In this document: positions 62,545 to 64,000 of the stretch, piece by piece
Layout: each line of letters opens with the position of its first letter
Numbering within the stretch: the stretch's first letter is position 1
Assembly: GCA_963920595.1 (NCBI GenBank)
Contig: OY986948.1
Coordinates: forward strand, 3,038,001 to 3,102,000
Reading direction: 5' to 3'
DNA: 64,000 nucleotides
DNA from: Eimeria praecox
Lineage: Eukaryota
Notes under the pieces: generated by a model
Databases searched by the model: none
Told to the model about the DNA's origin: nothing
The model's input: only the letters and a program-made list of their open reading frames with translations
Made by a program: the position numbers and the translations under genes

Positions 62545-64000
62545 CGGGCCTAGACGTTACGGGAGATGAACGTGCTAGTCAAATAAAGCGCACGGATGGT
62601 AAATTGTGCCTGGTGGCCACCGGGCCCAACGCCATCCCAGTCTCCCCCGACTGGAGGCAGAAGCTTCTCCCGAGGAAGAAGCTGGCCCAGCAGAAAGAGG
62701 TGGTCGAACGGACCCCCTCAGCAGCTGCAGGAAATTTCGCTCTGTCCTGGACCGGGAACGAACGGATCGGAACCGATAACAGCGGGAAAGGGGATCCCGC
62801 ACAGGAACGTACACGGGAGGTCTCGCGGCAAAAGACCTCACAGCAGAAAGCGGCAGAAAGAGCAGCGGATTTACACGATAACGGCGGGAAAGGGGATCCC
62901 GCACAGGAACGTACACGGGAGGTCTCGCGGCAAGAGATCTCACAGCAGAAAGCGGCAGAAAGAGCAGCAGATTTACCCTGGTGGCACGAAGGGATGTTAC
63001 CAGAGCTGACGCATGAGTATCACGGGTCCCTCTGCGGCACAGGCAAGACAGCGGTACTGCAGCTAGAGATTGTGGGACAAGAGTGTGAGGGGCTACTCGA
63101 CACAGGAGCGTCACGCAGCTTTATTAGTCCGGCTGCGGTCGAGCGATTGGGGCTTAGGGTGCGTATCTTACCTGAGGCATGCTCCTTTACTGTCGCCAAC
63201 GGAGAGGTTCTACATATTGACCGATTCGTCCCTCGGTTATCCATGCTATGCGGAGGGGAGTGTTTCACGGGGGATTTCCTAGTAGGTCCGATCCCTTACG
63301 ATGTTATCCTCGGTATCGATTGGCTTGTTAACCACAAGGTAGCGTGGTATTTCCAGTCCGACAAGCTTCGGACGTATGTGAACGGACGGTGGTGTGACCT
63401 ACCGGTCCAGCGAAAGGAACTTAGACCCCCGGCGGACGCTTCAACTACCACGAAGCCTGTTAAGAGCACAGCAGACCTCGCATGCGAAGCACTAGCTCAG
63501 CAAGTGGCCCGCATGACGGCAGAGGAGGCCGCTACACTCCTCCGACCGCCTCCCAAACGTTATAAGTCCCGACATCGGGCAGGTGCTCGAGTACAGATAA
63601 AGGATCTACTACGTGAGGCCCGCCACAACACCGCTAATATGGGACAAGCTCTCGAAGGATTACATTTCATTGCCGTCTTACCGGAGACTAAACCCGACCG
63701 AGTCGTCCATGTACCCCTGGAGCGTCAGGGTCCCCTTCTGTGCGCAATCGTGGAACATCACCAGGCATCGGTATGCGAACCACACGCTAAGTCTGCCGAT
63801 GCCGTTGTATCTGAAATGCAAGACACGGAGGACTCCCCTTGGCCCACAGCTAAGCTGACATACACTGAATTCGACAGTTGGTCCCAAAGCCCGGCAGCAC
63901 TCCGCTTACCACCACAGATACTCCCCGTCTTACAGCAGCATCGACTCGTGTTCCCCGATAGTCTTCCCGATGGGTTGCCCCCCAAACGACCCTATGACCA
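62535..64000 (+). CDS. pol: Pol of element B, partial (-1 frame relative to gag): protease and start of RT
   Basis: Manual translation shows no stop to the window end: LLDTGASRSFI, YDVILGIDWL, VFPDSLPDGLPPKRPYD. Probably absent from the ORF track because it has no stop codon in the window. Confidence 0.9.

Larger units (their letters stand above)
60888..64000 (+). mobile_element. Ty3/Gypsy LTR retrotransposon B (relative of A), truncated by the window end, uninterrupted so far
   Basis: 5' LTR, PBS, intact gag and open pol. Confidence 0.92.

Overview
Eukaryotic, intron-rich DNA with the hallmarks of a coccidian apicomplexan, most likely Eimeria (inferred from abundant CAG repeats, interspersed AAACCCT telomere-like repeats, TGCATGCA octamers and chromovirus-type retrotransposons). 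1-50 kb is a repeat-rich gene segment: class I fumarate hydratase (3' part), Fes1/HspBP1-like nucleotide exchange factor, apicoplast-type glycerol-3-phosphate acyltransferase (ATS1), tRNA-Thr(CGU), a CEP135/Bld10-like coiled-coil protein and a large USP48/UBP26-like deubiquitinase. 50-64 kb is repeat-poor and filled with Ty3/Gypsy LTR retrotransposons: one decayed relic, one two-LTR internally deleted chromovirus (A), and one element (B) with uninterrupted gag and pol up to the window edge. Main leads: (1) elements appear nested inside LTRs of relatives at nearly the same offset (+163, +166, about +197) from a conserved terminal palindrome; (2) a candidate -1 frameshift signal with a three-stem pseudoknot shared by A and B; (3) intronic partial exon copies that differ from the true exon mostly at synonymous sites; (4) a dispersed 14-bp palindrome often sitting at splice sites. 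All gene models and alignments were made by eye. Most entries in the supplied ORF track are microsatellite artefacts.
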